A DNA stretch of 63,817 bases, counting the filler, from Octopus bimaculoides (Eukaryota): NCBI RefSeq assembly GCF_001194135.2. It is 6 parts of 5 records of this genome, joined end to end, with 100 filler letters (N's around TTAATTAATTAA, not from the genome) between each part and the next. Parts side by side here need not be neighbours in the genome. Positions count along the whole stretch, not along the records: positions 19,954 to 49,890 come from NC_068995.1; 5 more parts are not named here. One strand, 5' to 3'. The position numbers and the translations under genes are program-made. This document shows, one piece after another, positions 25,459 through 39,108 of this stretch. The notes under the pieces were generated by a model, which saw only the letters and a list, made by a program, of their open reading frames with translations, was not told the DNA's origin and searched no databases. Position 1 is the stretch's first letter. The number at the start of each line of letters is the position of its first letter.

Positions 25459-26315
25459 NNNNNNNNNNNNNNNNNNNNNNNNNNNNNNNNNNNNNNNNNN
25501 NNNNNNNNNNNNNNNNNNNNNNNNNNNNNNNNNNNNNNNNNNNNNNNNNNNNNNNNNNNNNNNNNNNNNNNNNNNNNNNNNNNNNNNNNNNNNNNNNNNN
25601 NNNNNNNNNNNNNNNNNNNNNNNNNNNNNNNNNNNNNNNNNNNNNNNNNNNNNNNNNNNNNNNNNNNNNNNNNNNNNNNNNNNNNNNNNNNNNNNNNNNN
25701 NNNNNNNNNNNNNNNNNNNNNNNNNNNNNNNNNNNNNNNNNNNNNNNNNNNNNNNNNNNNNNNNNNNNNNNNNNNNNNNNNNNNNNNNNNNNNNNNNNNN
25801 NNNNNNNNNNNNNNNNNNNNNNNNNNNNNNNNNNNNNNNNNNNNNNNNNNNNNNNNNNNNNNNNNNNNNNNNNNNNNNNNNNNNNNNNNNNNNNNNNNNN
25901 NNNNNNNNNNNNNNNNNNNNNNNNNNNNNNNNNNNNNNNNNNNNNNNNNNNNNNNNNNNNNNNNNNNNNNNNNNNNNNNNNNNNNNNNNNNNNNNNNNNN
26001 NNNNNNNNNNNNNNNNNNNNNNNNNNNNNNNNNNNNNNNNNNNNNNNNNNNNNNNNNNNNNNNNNNNNNNNNNNNNNNNNNNNNNNNNNNNNNNNNNNNN
26101 NNNNNNNNNNNNNNNNNNNNNNNNNNNNNNNNNNNNNNNNNNNNNNNNNNNNNNNNNNNNNNNNNNNNNNNNNNNNNNNNNNNNNNNNNNNNNNNNNNNN
26201 NNNNNNNNNNNNNNNNNNNNNNNNNNNNNNNNNNNNNNNNNNNNNNNNNNNNNNNNNNNNNNNNNNNNNNNNNNNNNNNNNNNNNNTACACATGCATATA
26301 TGTGTGTGTATATAC

Positions 26316-26356
<41 letters not shown>

Positions 26357-26858
26357 CACACATACACATACACATCTGTAAATAATGGACTGGAAGAGAT
26401 AATCAAGTACTATATATGTTTCAAAAGCACATCAAGTGCGTATTACGTAACATTACAGATGTTTCATAGCAGACCCGGGTACTTATTCATCACGTGCATA
26501 CGACTGCTCCATTGAAAGACGGCCGCCATATTAGAGAATGCAAAATAAGATGCCGGCAAGCAGAAAGCATCAAAAACAGAAGAGGAGAGAGTGGAATAGA
26601 TAAAAATTACATATATATTCCATATACTTTATATTGCACCTGTATTTAAATCCCGTATGATGGTATTCGTTTTTCAAAATTAACGTCTAAGTGTGTATCT
26701 ATTAGTTGGTATATTTAATTTTCTTCTGAGTATTTGTGTGTGTAGCAAGTATGTAGATACATATTCGTATGCTTGTCCGCATATATATCAAAGAATATAT
26801 ATGTCTATATGCATATTTGTGTGTGCGTTTCGAACTCAAACATTTACCTCTATTTAAC

Positions 26859-26908
26859 TGTCTCTGATGAAGGGATATCCATAACATCCCAGAAACAGCT
26901 GTAAGACA
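26859..26908 (+). ncRNA. Minimal type I hammerhead ribozyme motif (Penelope/retrozyme type)
   Basis: tgtct-CTGATGA-a-gggat(9-nt loop)atccc-a-GAAA-c(agct)g-TA-agaca: perfect 5-bp stem I, 5-bp stem II, palindromic AGCT stem III loop, GUA cleavage triplet. Confidence 0.75.
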
Positions 26909-26984
26909 ATATCTATGTCTATATCGCTTTCCTTATAAATGTCCTGAAAACTCCTCACAGCCTTGGCTTCGTTATCTCTTTTTA

Positions 26985-27047
<63 letters not shown>

Positions 27048-28022
27048 AATATATGCGTGTGTGTACGTGTATATTTCTTTATATTTGTTTATATAGTCTT
27101 AAATTATATGAATATACGAATATACGTTGTACGCGTACGTCTACGTGGTGTGTGTATGTGTTTCCGTGTGTGTGCGTGCGCGCGTGTATGTGTGTGTGTA
27201 TGTGTGTGTGTGGACTAATGTATTCATGTGTGTGTACATACAACTAACTTAACTAGCGTCATTTCCATTAGTTCTTATTCAATTTTCTTTTTTTACTTTT
27301 ACCCTTCTTTTTCTCTTCCCCTTTTTCCCCTATGAGATCTTAATATTCATGTTTATCTTTGATAAGAAATAAACATCCCAGCTTTTGATGCACCGACTTC
27401 CCATCATTGACGCCACTTATACATCAATGAGACAATAATCTGCTCTAGCCACCAGAATAATTTCAGTATACACCTAAGGAAATGAAACCACAGCTTTATC
27501 TATTTCACAAACTAATCGCCGAGGAGAGTACGTCATTCGTTCTCTACCGTTTCCACTTTCAATTTTTTTCTTCTCATTCTTCATCGCGGCGGACTACTTT
27601 AAGCGGAGCAGTCCTATCTATACACCTGATGAAAAAGCATACTAGACTACTATGAGACATTCACAATGTTACGTAAAATACACCTGGTGTACTTTTGAAA
27701 CATCAGTAGTGCTCGATTACCTCTTGCAATCCTTTTATTTACAGATTGCATTATCGCATTATAACCAACATCTGCTGCTTTCGAAACAGATTTGTAGAGC
27801 ATCTGCCATCTTATCGAAATTCTATGTGTAATCTCGATACGGGACGAAGTGTACTTGATGCTTTGATTCATAAATTTTACTGAATAATTTCTATTTTCTA
27901 TACAAGGCTTCCTTATGCCTGAGAGTAACTATCTGCGTTTACCACGACCAGTTGACTAATCCTATTATATTTTACATGTATATACACATAAATATATATG
28001 TATGTATATATATATATATGTA

Positions 28023-28081
<59 letters not shown>

Positions 28082-28245
28082 NNNNNNNNNNCAGACAGAC
28101 AGATAGATAACTTTCTTTTATTAGCCACACAGGGCTGCACACAGAGGGGACAAATACAACTGTAGAGCTTTTCTTTAAAAAAAGGAAAAAAAAAGGTAAA
28201 ATAAAAATTAACAAATCCGATCAAAAGGGATCGGTAGGGGGAAAA

Positions 28246-28320
<75 letters not shown>

Positions 28321-29095
28321 TTGGGTCATCCCATAAATACTGCGGTTGTTTATACTTTTATAATTCAAATTTAAGATAAACAAAGTTCCTTTTTAATCTA
28401 AAATATATTCTCCTTCATTTTCTACATTGCTCTTCCATCTATCTGGTAGACTTGCAAGGCTCCTCTTCTAAAATTCACTTGTCCGTGACGAAAAATACTC
28501 CTCCAGTACAATTCTGACCTCGTCTACAAAATTCATATTTGTTCCCTCCAAATGATTTTGAAGACTGCGGAATAAATGATAATGAGATGGGGCAATGTCC
28601 GGTGAATACGGTGGGTAGGGCATCACTTCCCATTCAAACTGCTCCAACCTTTGGAATGTCATCCTCGTTGTATGCAGCCGAGCATTATGCTCATAGGAGA
28701 ACACCTTTCATCTTGAAACCAAAGGTGGTCGTTTTCCTTCAAGCGCTGACTTAAGCCACTCAAGCTGCTCGCAGTAGATCTTTCCTATCGTTTCGTTTGG
28801 ATTTAAAAGTTCAAATTGGACAAAACATTTCATATCCTACCAAAGAGATAATAATACCTTACATGGGTGAAGACCTTCTTTAGCCTGGAGTGCTGGTGTT
28901 TCTCCTTTCTCTACACACTGACTTCGGCGCTTGACATTTTTAGAGAGAATCCGTTTCTCGTCACCAGTCACTACTCGAACCAAAAAGATTCATTCGGGAG
29001 ACCTGACAGCAAAGAAGGTACACATTCACTCTCTGCACGCGATTAGACACGGAATGTTGGCGAGGAACCCATTGACCCAATTTGCTGACTATTCC
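28321..29095 (-). mobile_element. Defective mariner family B (3' two-thirds of transposase plus TIR)
   Basis: Relic peptides VSKLGQWVP, VVTGDEK, LHPCKVLLSLW, HNARLHT and PYPPYSPDIAPSHYHLFRSLQNHL; TIR ttgggtcatcccataaat. Confidence 0.93.
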
Positions 29096-29904
29096 GATGG
29101 CATGCATATATATATATATATATATCAAATATATATACATATATATTTGATAACCAAGAGTAGGGTGGAGGTTCGTTCACATCATAAACATTTTATTAAA
29201 AGGTTTTCTACATCATGTATAACAATGAGCAACATATGTTCCTACCGCAGTAACTGCACATTGCTCTGTATGCGCGCACGTGCGTGTGTGTGTGTGATAA
29301 TGATTATTTCAATTAGGAATATAGTGATACTAATAACCAGTCGTTTGAATACGATGTATAATATTCTTTAGAATAAAGTGTTAGGTGAGTCCAGAACATA
29401 ATATAAATTATTGATTAACAGCAAACAATAATTATGTAATCAGCTTCATTAGCTTAGAGCTGTTTCTGCCGTAAGAAGCAGTGCACTGGGTATATCCTCG
29501 TTACGCAATTAGACCACATAATGCAGAAATGCATAGAGCTTTAGTACAAGAATTACAATAAGACAACCATCAAAACATACCAATTCTAATTTGCCTTTCA
29601 TTCCAATTATTCGGGTATAGACGTCGCACTGGAATTAAGTAAAAATTATGCAAAAACATAGTTCTGAGTTTCGCGTTACGTTGTTCATTCTATCTGATAG
29701 CCTATTCGTACGAACTTCATAAAAATAGAATAATGAGAAACGTTTACTATCTTATACATGGAATTTAACTCATTTTAGTTATTTGTTATTTTAATCGATT
29801 TAGTGACCAAGATGTATTTATAAACGCAATACTTTGAAACATTCTAAGTTTGAATTTGAATAAAATAAATCAATATCTTTTTTTATTTTTTAGCTAAATA
29901 TATA

Positions 29905-30613
29905 GGATCCTTCTGATTTGGCGGACACCATTTTTTATTTAGTTTTTATTTAGTGTGTTTTCTACCGAAACACTTTAAAACTTCGTATACTTGTATATTT
30001 TGTCTTATAGAACTGAGAAAAAAATTTATATTCGAAGTTATTTCATGTTAAATATTGTCGTATTTCGGTAATTTCAACCAATCACTGATGTCTATTTAGC
30101 TGTTCTTTATCAACAATAATTTGTGGCAGTGTATATATCGTTAGTCCCTGGTAACCCTAGCCCTAACCCTAACTCTAAAACCCTATCCTTAACCCTAAAA
30201 TTCTAACCCTGACCCTAAAACCCTAACCCTAACTCTAAAACCCGAACCCTAACCCTAAAACCCTAAAGCTAAAACCAGTACAAACGCACGAACGATGTCA
30301 TAAATAACAGTACCGCCGATAGTTGTTGTTGACAAACAACGGCAGTAATTTTATTCAAGGAAAAGATCCCATTACACCGCCAGAACGTGTTGTTGACAAA
30401 CCACAGCAGAAATTGTTTTCACCTCAATAGACGTCAGTGATTGGTTGAAGTTACCGAAATACGACAACTTTTAACATGAAATAACTTGGAATATAGAAAT
30501 TTCTTAACAAGGCTAAGAGAAAAAGATATTTTATATGACGCATTCTACCAGTATCCCAAGTTTGAAAGTGTTTCCTTAGAAAACAAATGGTGTCCGCCAA
30601 ATCAGAAAGATCC
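29905..30613. mobile_element. Non-autonomous TIR element (~200-bp TIRs) with central telomere-like repeats
   Basis: Left end ggatccttctgatttggcggacaccattt matches the reverse complement of the right end; degenerate (CCCTAA)n at ~30146-30276. Confidence 0.88.
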
Positions 30614-33183
30614 AATATATAACCTAAATGTATATGTTTATAATGTTTAAATACTAAGACCCATTTCAAACAAATGTTTTACTTTCTAATATTAAATATT
30701 ATTTTAAGTTCAGTCTAACGGTGTTTCGCGTTTATGAAATTATTTTTAAATGTTTTTCTTGAAAATTTCAGATTACTAATAAAACAGTTATGTCCATTGT
30801 TTTCGCAAAATTTAACACGATACATAAACCCAAACCAGCTTTCAAAACGCAAAAGAGTAAAAGGCAGACGACGATATGCTAAAAAAAATGTGAAAATCAC
30901 AGACGATAATCTTTCTTTGCTGCAAACGATTCGCCACAAACTTTTAAGTGTAACAAATGCTGAAGTGTGAAGAAATTTAAAACTCTGAAATACTTAGCAA
31001 GGGAAAGAAAAAGTTGCCAAGTTTTAACAAAATTCTCACCTTACACTGAACTTTTGACTTCTTTCAAGTTACTTTCTCTTTGTAGTAGTTGTATTAGTAG
31101 TAGCAGTAGCAGCAGCAGCAGCAGTACAAGTTGATTATATTTTCCATCTTCTTCATATCCTTTCTCCTCCTTCTCCTCCCTCTCTTCTCCCTCCTCCTTT
31201 TCTTTTTATCAGATTACATCAGCTTTTATTTTCACACTATATATCCGCCATACTCAAACATCTTTTACACAACAGCAAAAATCCTCGCTGGAAACCAGAT
31301 TTTGTTTCAAATTGCGAAAGCAGTTTATTATTTTTGATACAGTTAACATTTTTATTTCTCCCGATGTTTTTATGTACTTATTTTTACGTTATCTGTGTTT
31401 AAATTGTAAAATAAGGTTTTTCTCGTAATTAGTTTAACATAAGCAGTGGTATTGTGCTTTTGCTATACAACTCTTGGAAATGTTTACTTTGTACATGAAT
31501 AGACAGCTCGTGTTCATAGGCAAAGACTCGAGAGTGGATTCAGAAAAGAACAAATACGAAACAGAACAGGCATTAATCATCAATATTTTATGTAGTCTAA
31601 AATTTCTAAAGCAAAAACTAGACGTTTTCTAAAATACTGGTTTACAAATTACGGAAACATGATATGACAATAGTTCAGGCTAGTCCATATTGCTCGCAAG
31701 AGGTCTTTCCTTTTTTTTCTTTTCTTTATTTATTTTTGTTTGTAGCCTTTTTGTGGTTGTTGTTGTTGTTGTTGTTGTTGTGTTGTTCAAACCATAAAGT
31801 GATAAAAACAGCATTGGACATGAGCCTGAAGACATATATAAAGAAACACATACACACACATTTGTGTTCGTATGTATATGTGTGTGTGCATATATGTATG
31901 TGTGTTTGTATATATGTATACGTGTGAGTGTGCGCGCACGCGAGTATATTGTATATGTTCATATATATGTGCGAGTGCATTTATGTACGTGGGTGAGTGT
32001 GTTTGTCTATGCGTATGAGTGTGTACGTATCCATACACACATACATACATATGGATAGATAGACAGACAGATATATAGAATAGACTGATATGTATGTATG
32101 TATGTATGTATGTAGGTAGGGAGGTAGGTATGTATGTATTATGTAAGTATATATGTATTATGTATGTATGTATGTATGTTTGTATGTATGCATGTATGTC
32201 TGTACGTATATATGTACGTATGTATGTATATATATATGTATGTATGTATGTATATATATGTATNNNNNNNNNNNNNNNNNNNNNNNNNNNNNNNNNNNNN
32301 NNNNNNNNNNNNNNNNNNNNNNNNNNNNNNNNNNNNNNNNNNNNNNNNNNNNNNNNNNNNNNNNNNNNNNNNNNNNNNNNNNNNNNNNNNNNNNNNNNNN
32401 NNNNNNNNNNNNNNNNNNNNNNNNNNNNNNNNNNNNNNNNNNNNNNNNNNNNNNNNNNNNNNNNNNNNNNNNNNNNNNNNNNNNNNNNNNNNNNNNNNNN
32501 NNNNNNNNNNNNNNNNNNNNNNNNNNNNNNNNNNNNNNNNNNNNNNNNNNNNNNNNNNNNNNNNNNNNNNNNNNNNNNNNNNNNNNNNNNNNNNNNNNNN
32601 NNNNNNNNNNNNNNNNNNNNNNNNNNNNNNNNNNNNNNNNNNNNNNNNNNNNNNNNNNNNNNNNNNNNNNNNNNNNNNNNNNNNNNNNNNNNNNNNNNNN
32701 NNNNNNNNNNNNNNNNNNNNNNNNNNNNNNNNNNNNNNNNNNNNNNNNNNNNNNNNNNNNNNNNNNNNNNNNNNNNNNNNNNNNNNNNNNNNNNNNNNNN
32801 NNNNNNNNNNNNNNNNNNNNNNNNNNNNNNNNNNNNNNNNNNNNNNNNNNNNNNNNNNNNNNNNNNNNNNNNNNNNNNNNNNNNNNNNNNNNNNNNNNNN
32901 NNNNNNNNNNNNNNNNNNNNNNNNNNNNNNNNNNNNNNNNNNNNNNNNNNNNNNNNNNNNNNNNNNNNNNNNNNNNNNNNNNNNNNNNNNNNNNNNNNNN
33001 NNNNNNNNNNNNNNNNNNNNNNNNNNNNNNNNNNNNNNNNNNNNNNNNNNNNNNNNNNNNNNNNNNNNNNNNNNNNNNNNNNNNNNNNNNNNNNNNNNNN
33101 NNNNNNNTATATATATATATATGCAATGTAACTGCATGTAGTGTTGGCGATTTCTTCTCACTCTTTGGATCTTTCTCGTTCTC

Positions 33184-33218
33184 CTTTCCGACGAAGTGCT
33201 ATGCTCGAAACGTCAAAC
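33184..33218 (+). ncRNA. Degenerate minimal hammerhead motif (GAAACGUC type)
   Basis: cttt-CCGACGA-a-gtgc tat gctc-GAAA-CGTC-aaac; core U4>C, with weakened stems I and II. Confidence 0.45.
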
Positions 33219-33776
33219 TCTTTTCACCAGGCGTCAATCTGATACAAGCCTTGTACAGGCCCTCTATTTGTGCTTTAATTTCATTCGTCTATTTGAATTG
33301 ACACACACAAAATGGATTTCCACACAAATTCATTCACAAGGCAAAATCGGCCCGAAGCTACAGTACAAGTAAATTTCGCAAGGAGCTACGCTGTGGAACT
33401 GAACCCGAAATCACGTGGTTGTAAAGTGAACTGTTTAACCACCCAGTCATACAAGTATATACATTGACAATTGTTTATATTTACAATACAAACAAAGAAA
33501 CATCGACAATTATATAAATATATTATTTAACGGTGTATCTAGCAGAAAATACGCTTAGAGATAATAGTTTGTAATATACCGGGTTAGAAGCCCCGTGAGT
33601 GATAAAAAAGAGGTGAGGTTATCAACGGGACTCGAACCGCTGTAGAAAGGGAGTAAATTTGAATCCCATAGGTAGCCTCTGACCATATTTTGAACCCAAT
33701 ACACGGCAAATCTTTATAAATGTCTGGATTTGCTTCGAGATAATACTTTAAATGATTTATTTATGTATATGCGTAT

Positions 33777-33849
<73 letters not shown>

Positions 33850-35257
33850 ATGAATGACAAGAGAATGAGCATGTGAGAGAGTGATAGTGGGTGGGAGATG
33901 CTTAATAAATAAAGATAGGAATCAAACCATTGCCACCGTTGTGATGGATAGAAACTAAACTAGACCAAGATGCTAGCGTGTAATTTCTAAAGAGATTGGA
34001 GGACAATGAAAATGTAGCCGAGAATATTTTCGCATGTCATTTCAAATATATATTATATATATATACATATATATTTTTTTTTTTGAAGAAACAGATAACA
34101 ACAAACAACAACAACACTATCAGCACCACCACCATCAACAACAGTAATAATAATAATACTGATGATGACGATGATGATGATGATGATGAAAATAATAATA
34201 ATACTAAATACCATTGCCATTAACACAACAGGAAGCTCTTCATATTGTCAATGATACTGGAGTTTTCATTCAATGGAAACGAAGACAGATGAATTACCAT
34301 GAAATCGGTGCTGTATTTGTTTTTGTATAGTTGTTGTTTAGTTCCTTTTTTTTTGTTTGAGAGTTTCTTGTTTTCCTTTTGTTTTTGTTTTTTGTTTGTG
34401 GCATTATGTAGCTTTTTTTTATCGTATTTATTTTTTTTTGTTTTATTTCATTTATTTTTATTTTTATTTTATTTTTTATTTTCTATTTTTCTTTCTTTCC
34501 ATATCTCCTACTCAAGCGGCAATCGAAAACTCCTTCCGCCATTTTCTGGTACCATTGTTGGCCGCTATTCTTCGAATAAAAGAAGTATAGCTATGAAAGA
34601 GTTGATGTGTCGATAAGACGGGGGAAAGCTTAATTTCGTATTTTCATTTTATCCGAGATGGATTTATTGATCGGGGAGTTGGAAGGTTGACAGTATGCCT
34701 CTGTATTCTCTTAGTATAAAGCTCAACTAAAGGGAGTGTGATGTGATGCGCGGTGGCGGTGAGGTTATTAATCTCTCTGAAATATCGGGGAAAATCGACA
34801 ACAACGGTTTGTGATATTAACAAGAAAGTATGGAGGAATGATAGTAGTATATATATATATATGGAAGAATAACAGGCACGGATATGGATATGGATATGGA
34901 TGGATAAAAGGGAAACCTCTCCAATGAGATCATCAGATATCGTATACTGCTAAAACCTCATTAATACGATCACAATGAAAGTAATTTACAACATAATCGC
35001 ACTTTATCCTCCTCACCTCTTTTTCTCTCCTTTTTCTACCACACACACACACACACACACACACTCATACACACCCCTACCCCTTTCCCATTCTCTCTCT
35101 CTCTGTCTTTCTTTCTGTTTTTCTGCTTCTTTCTCACTCTTTGTATGTGTGTGTCTGTATGTACACAGATACGTGTGTCTGTATACAAATATGTTTCTTA
35201 TAGCTCATATATATGTGTGTGTCTGTGTGTGTGTGTGTGTATGTGTGTGTGTGTATG

Positions 35258-35322
<65 letters not shown>

Positions 35323-35372
35323 GCACACACGGGTGTGCATTCATGTGTACTCGTATATAAGTCGTGGTAACT

Positions 35373-35432
<60 letters not shown>

Positions 35433-35854
35433 CAGGTGCTACAGCTGGTAATGATGATGGTGATGATTATGATGAAGACGGCGACGGCGACGATTGTCTG
35501 ATAAAAAAAACAAATTACATAACACTACGTTATGAAAAACGAAGTTATTATATATTTATATGCACGGTATGTATATGTGTGTATGTGTATGTATGTGTGT
35601 ATGTGTGGGGAGTGTATGTAGGTATATGCGCGTGCATTTATGTATGCATGCATGCTTTGATACGTAAGCGTGTGTGTTTGTATTGTGTAGAGGAGTTAAT
35701 GGCTTAAGAATGGTCTAATATATACTGACAGACACAAGCAGACTATATAAACATCATGACGCCTCCGAACGCTCTCTCTATTGTAGTCAAGACTAAGAAA
35801 TAACGATTGAATAAAACACAACATGCCATGTAATGGGATGTGCTCAGAGAATAA

Positions 35855-36387
35855 GGATGAATGCCACAATCACTCCATCTTCCATTTTACTCTCCCACCA
35901 CTACCAAAAAGGAAATAATTTTAAAAACTTGGGAACCTCAATGTGGTGGCTGCATTTGCTAGAAATATATACCAAATCTCATGTAGATCATATCCTACTA
36001 CTGTAGGATGAATACCACAATCATTCCATCTACCATTTTACACCCACTCTTCTAGAAAAAAATTAATAATTTTTTACAATAGTGTTTTTTTTTTCTGACC
36101 CAAGCAACATACGAACAAACTTGGGAACCTCTATGTGATGGCTGGATTTGCTAGAAATATATACCAAATCTCATGTACATCATATCCTACTGATGTAGGA
36201 TGAATGTCACAATCATTCCATCTACCATTTTACTCCATCACCACTATAAGAAAATTAATAAGTTTAAAAAATTGAATTTTTTCTGAACCAACCAACATAC
36301 AAGCAAACTTGAGGACCTCTATGTGATGGTTGAATTTGCTAGAAATATATACCAAATATCCTGCAGATCATATCCTACTGCTGCAGG
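35855..36387 (+). repeat. Three tandem 150-190-bp units, each ending in a small hairpin (Helentron/HINE-like internal repeats?)
   Basis: Units start ggatgaat at 35855, 36006 and 36198; they share tttgctagaaatatataccaaatctcatg and atcctac-N4-gtaggat. Confidence 0.8.
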
Positions 36388-38451
36388 TTTCAAAGCTTAT
36401 TTATCACCTCGTGGGACACAGGAGATGAAAAAGAAACAAAAACGTTCTCGTATTCTTCACATTTAAAGTTAAAAAGCATTAAGATATGTTTTAAACTTTT
36501 TTTATTAATAACAGGCCTGTAGTTTTTGAGGGGAAGGGGAAGTCATTACATTTACCCCAGTGTTTAACGGGTACTTCTTTCATCGATCCCCAAAGGATGA
36601 AAGGCAAAGTCAACCTTAGCAAAAATTGAATTCAAAACGTAAAAATGGGTGAAATACCTCTAAGCACCTTTCCCGGCATGTTAACGAATTTATCTTCTCG
36701 TCGCCTTTCTTGTTTTATTTATAATATTTGTGAGTGAAACGAAACATCTTCGTCAGTGTCACTGTCACTATCCAACTTTTCGATCAGCTGAAAATCTTGC
36801 TCAAGCTCATTGCTTTATATCAAGGGTTCCCGACCATTTTGTTCCCTATGGATCCCTTTGATTCCTATTTCATTTGGTGGAACCGTGGGACCCTTACAGC
36901 CATTTTTATGATTGAATATTCTTAGAAATTGTATAAGAAAATGTTAAAATATTCTGTGTATTGTAGAAGAATAATCAATACATTGCACATATATTTTAAC
37001 AACAAAGTCTTCTATGGATGTCCCCTCCAGGGTCATACGGACCTTGGTTGAGAACCACTAATTTAAAACGTTAGTGACTAAGCATTCCACCACGCGTGCA
37101 TGTCCCCGTAACGTAATGCTCATGTGCAATAAGCGTGACGAAGTGTGTAATGTGGTTGGTTCTTCGAATTAAACATGTAATTCATCCGTTGGACATTTGC
37201 AGAGTTTTTGTCAACCCAAATTCGTTTATAGCATTCAGATCTTACCAAGGCTTTAGTCGACATGGTGACTGCCAAGCGAGTTTTTTCCCCATTTGGCCAC
37301 GCTCTTTCCACAGTGGAGGCGCGTGGCTTAGTGGTTTCGGTGTTAGATTCACGACCGTAAGGTTGTGGCTTTGATCCCTGGACCGGGCGATCCGTTGTGC
37401 TCTTGAGCAAAACACTTCATTTCACGTTGCTCCAGTCCACCCAGCTCCATCGCAGGATTACTCATTTTTGCCGGCTGAGTGAACTGGTGCGTTGCCCAGT
37501 CCAGGAATCAAAACCACAATCTTACAATCATGAATCCGACAACCTCACCACTAAGCCACACGCCCCCACACACTTACATGCGGTCATGAAGAAATACCGT
37601 GCGCCATATTACAAAAGAAGGCTTCCACTTCATTCTGCCTTCAGTACTATGGTAGTTGTTGTTATTGCTACTGTTGTCGTGGCTATGTTTCTTCTTGCTT
37701 AGTTTCAAGTCAGCCTCAACCGAAAAGAAATTCTTCTCAAAGGTGTTCCAACTATGACCATCTCAGCTTATACTCAGTCATTACTTATAGAGCCGTCTAT
37801 TGACATGGGCTCAACATGCAACTCTCCAGGGAGCTACCCCGTGTTAGGACACCCAATGCCAATCTATATATGCTGTGGTGAAGCATATTCTTGGGGTCTC
37901 AGTGCATTGCTTTGCCTTGGGGGCCTAAGATACTTTTAGGACCGTGTTGACTACGTTTCCCTAAGCTTTGCTTCCCATTTTAAAACGATAAATGACATGC
38001 ATGATTAGAGAACAATTTGACTGTTTTATCTAGAAAGACGAACGGCACGTGGAGGACGTCTTTTGCCAATTATCAGCTGGTGTCACTTAACTTTATCTTA
38101 GGTTCTTCATGTTCATAAGAATGGCATGATTGCCTAAAATTCTCATATCACCATATTGGGGTTTTATCTCATACCGGAATGAGGGCAATGTGTTAATATC
38201 TGACGGTCGACTGAAAATTAATTGAAGGTTAACTAAAAATATGCTCCGATTTAATCAGAAATAATTATTGTTGGTGTTGTTGTTGTTGTTGATGTTTTTG
38301 TTGTTGATGTTTTAGTTGTTGTATTCAATGTGGTTTCTTTCTATAAGTTTTCTGCCATTTGTTGTTGTTTCGAAAGAATTTTCTTTCGAAAATGATTGAG
38401 TTCTTTTGATCATTAGTTCTTCTCGATCAGGGTTGGACTGGGGCTAAACAG

Positions 38452-38452
38452 T

Positions 38453-38529
<77 letters not shown>

Positions 38530-38671
38530 AAACAACGACAAGGATAGCAAACAACGATAACAACAACAATGCATGCAACAATTAAGTTATGATGGACGGC
38601 AGTGGCTCGAAGGAACACAGACAACCAAACACAGACAACCACAACGGTAATTAATTTGTACTTGAGATGGG

Positions 38672-38730
<59 letters not shown>

Positions 38731-38990
38731 AAGAAGAAGAAGAAGAAGAAGAAGAAGAAGAAGAAGAAGAAGAAGAAGAAGAAGAAAAAGAAGAAGAAGA
38801 AGAAGAAGAAGAAGAAGAAGAAGAAGAAGAAGAAGAAGAAGAAGAAGAAGAAGAAGGTGATGGTGACGACGACGATGATGAAAAAGAAGAAGAAGAAGAG
38901 GAAGAAGAAGACGACGGCGATGATGACGACGATGACGATGATGATGATGATGATGATAATGATGATGATGATGATGATGATGATAACGAT
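38452..38990. repeat. Compound trinucleotide array (ACA)n-(AAT)n-(AAG)n-(GAT)n
   Basis: Directly visible; gives poly-C/F/K/M pseudo-ORFs. Confidence 0.95.
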
Positions 38991-39108
38991 GAAGCTATTT
39001 CTAAATATTAGCACACCGTTTTATAATTTTACACATCTGTAATTTCTTGCACAAAGACAAAAAAAAAAATTGTTTTCATAAATTGATCGGGAGAAGATGT
39101 AAAGTTAC

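Noticed and set aside
26500-26545. YY1-like GCCGCCAT motif and short ATGGCGGCC ORF; similar motifs at 34536 and 41902
   Set aside because: Short motifs without independent TSS evidence; the ORF ends after 21 codons.
27627-27640. Other CTGATGA/CTGACGA heptamers (8495, 18470, 22395, 27627, 42666, 48029)
   Set aside because: No downstream stem II + GAAA + UH arrangement, so not hammerheads.
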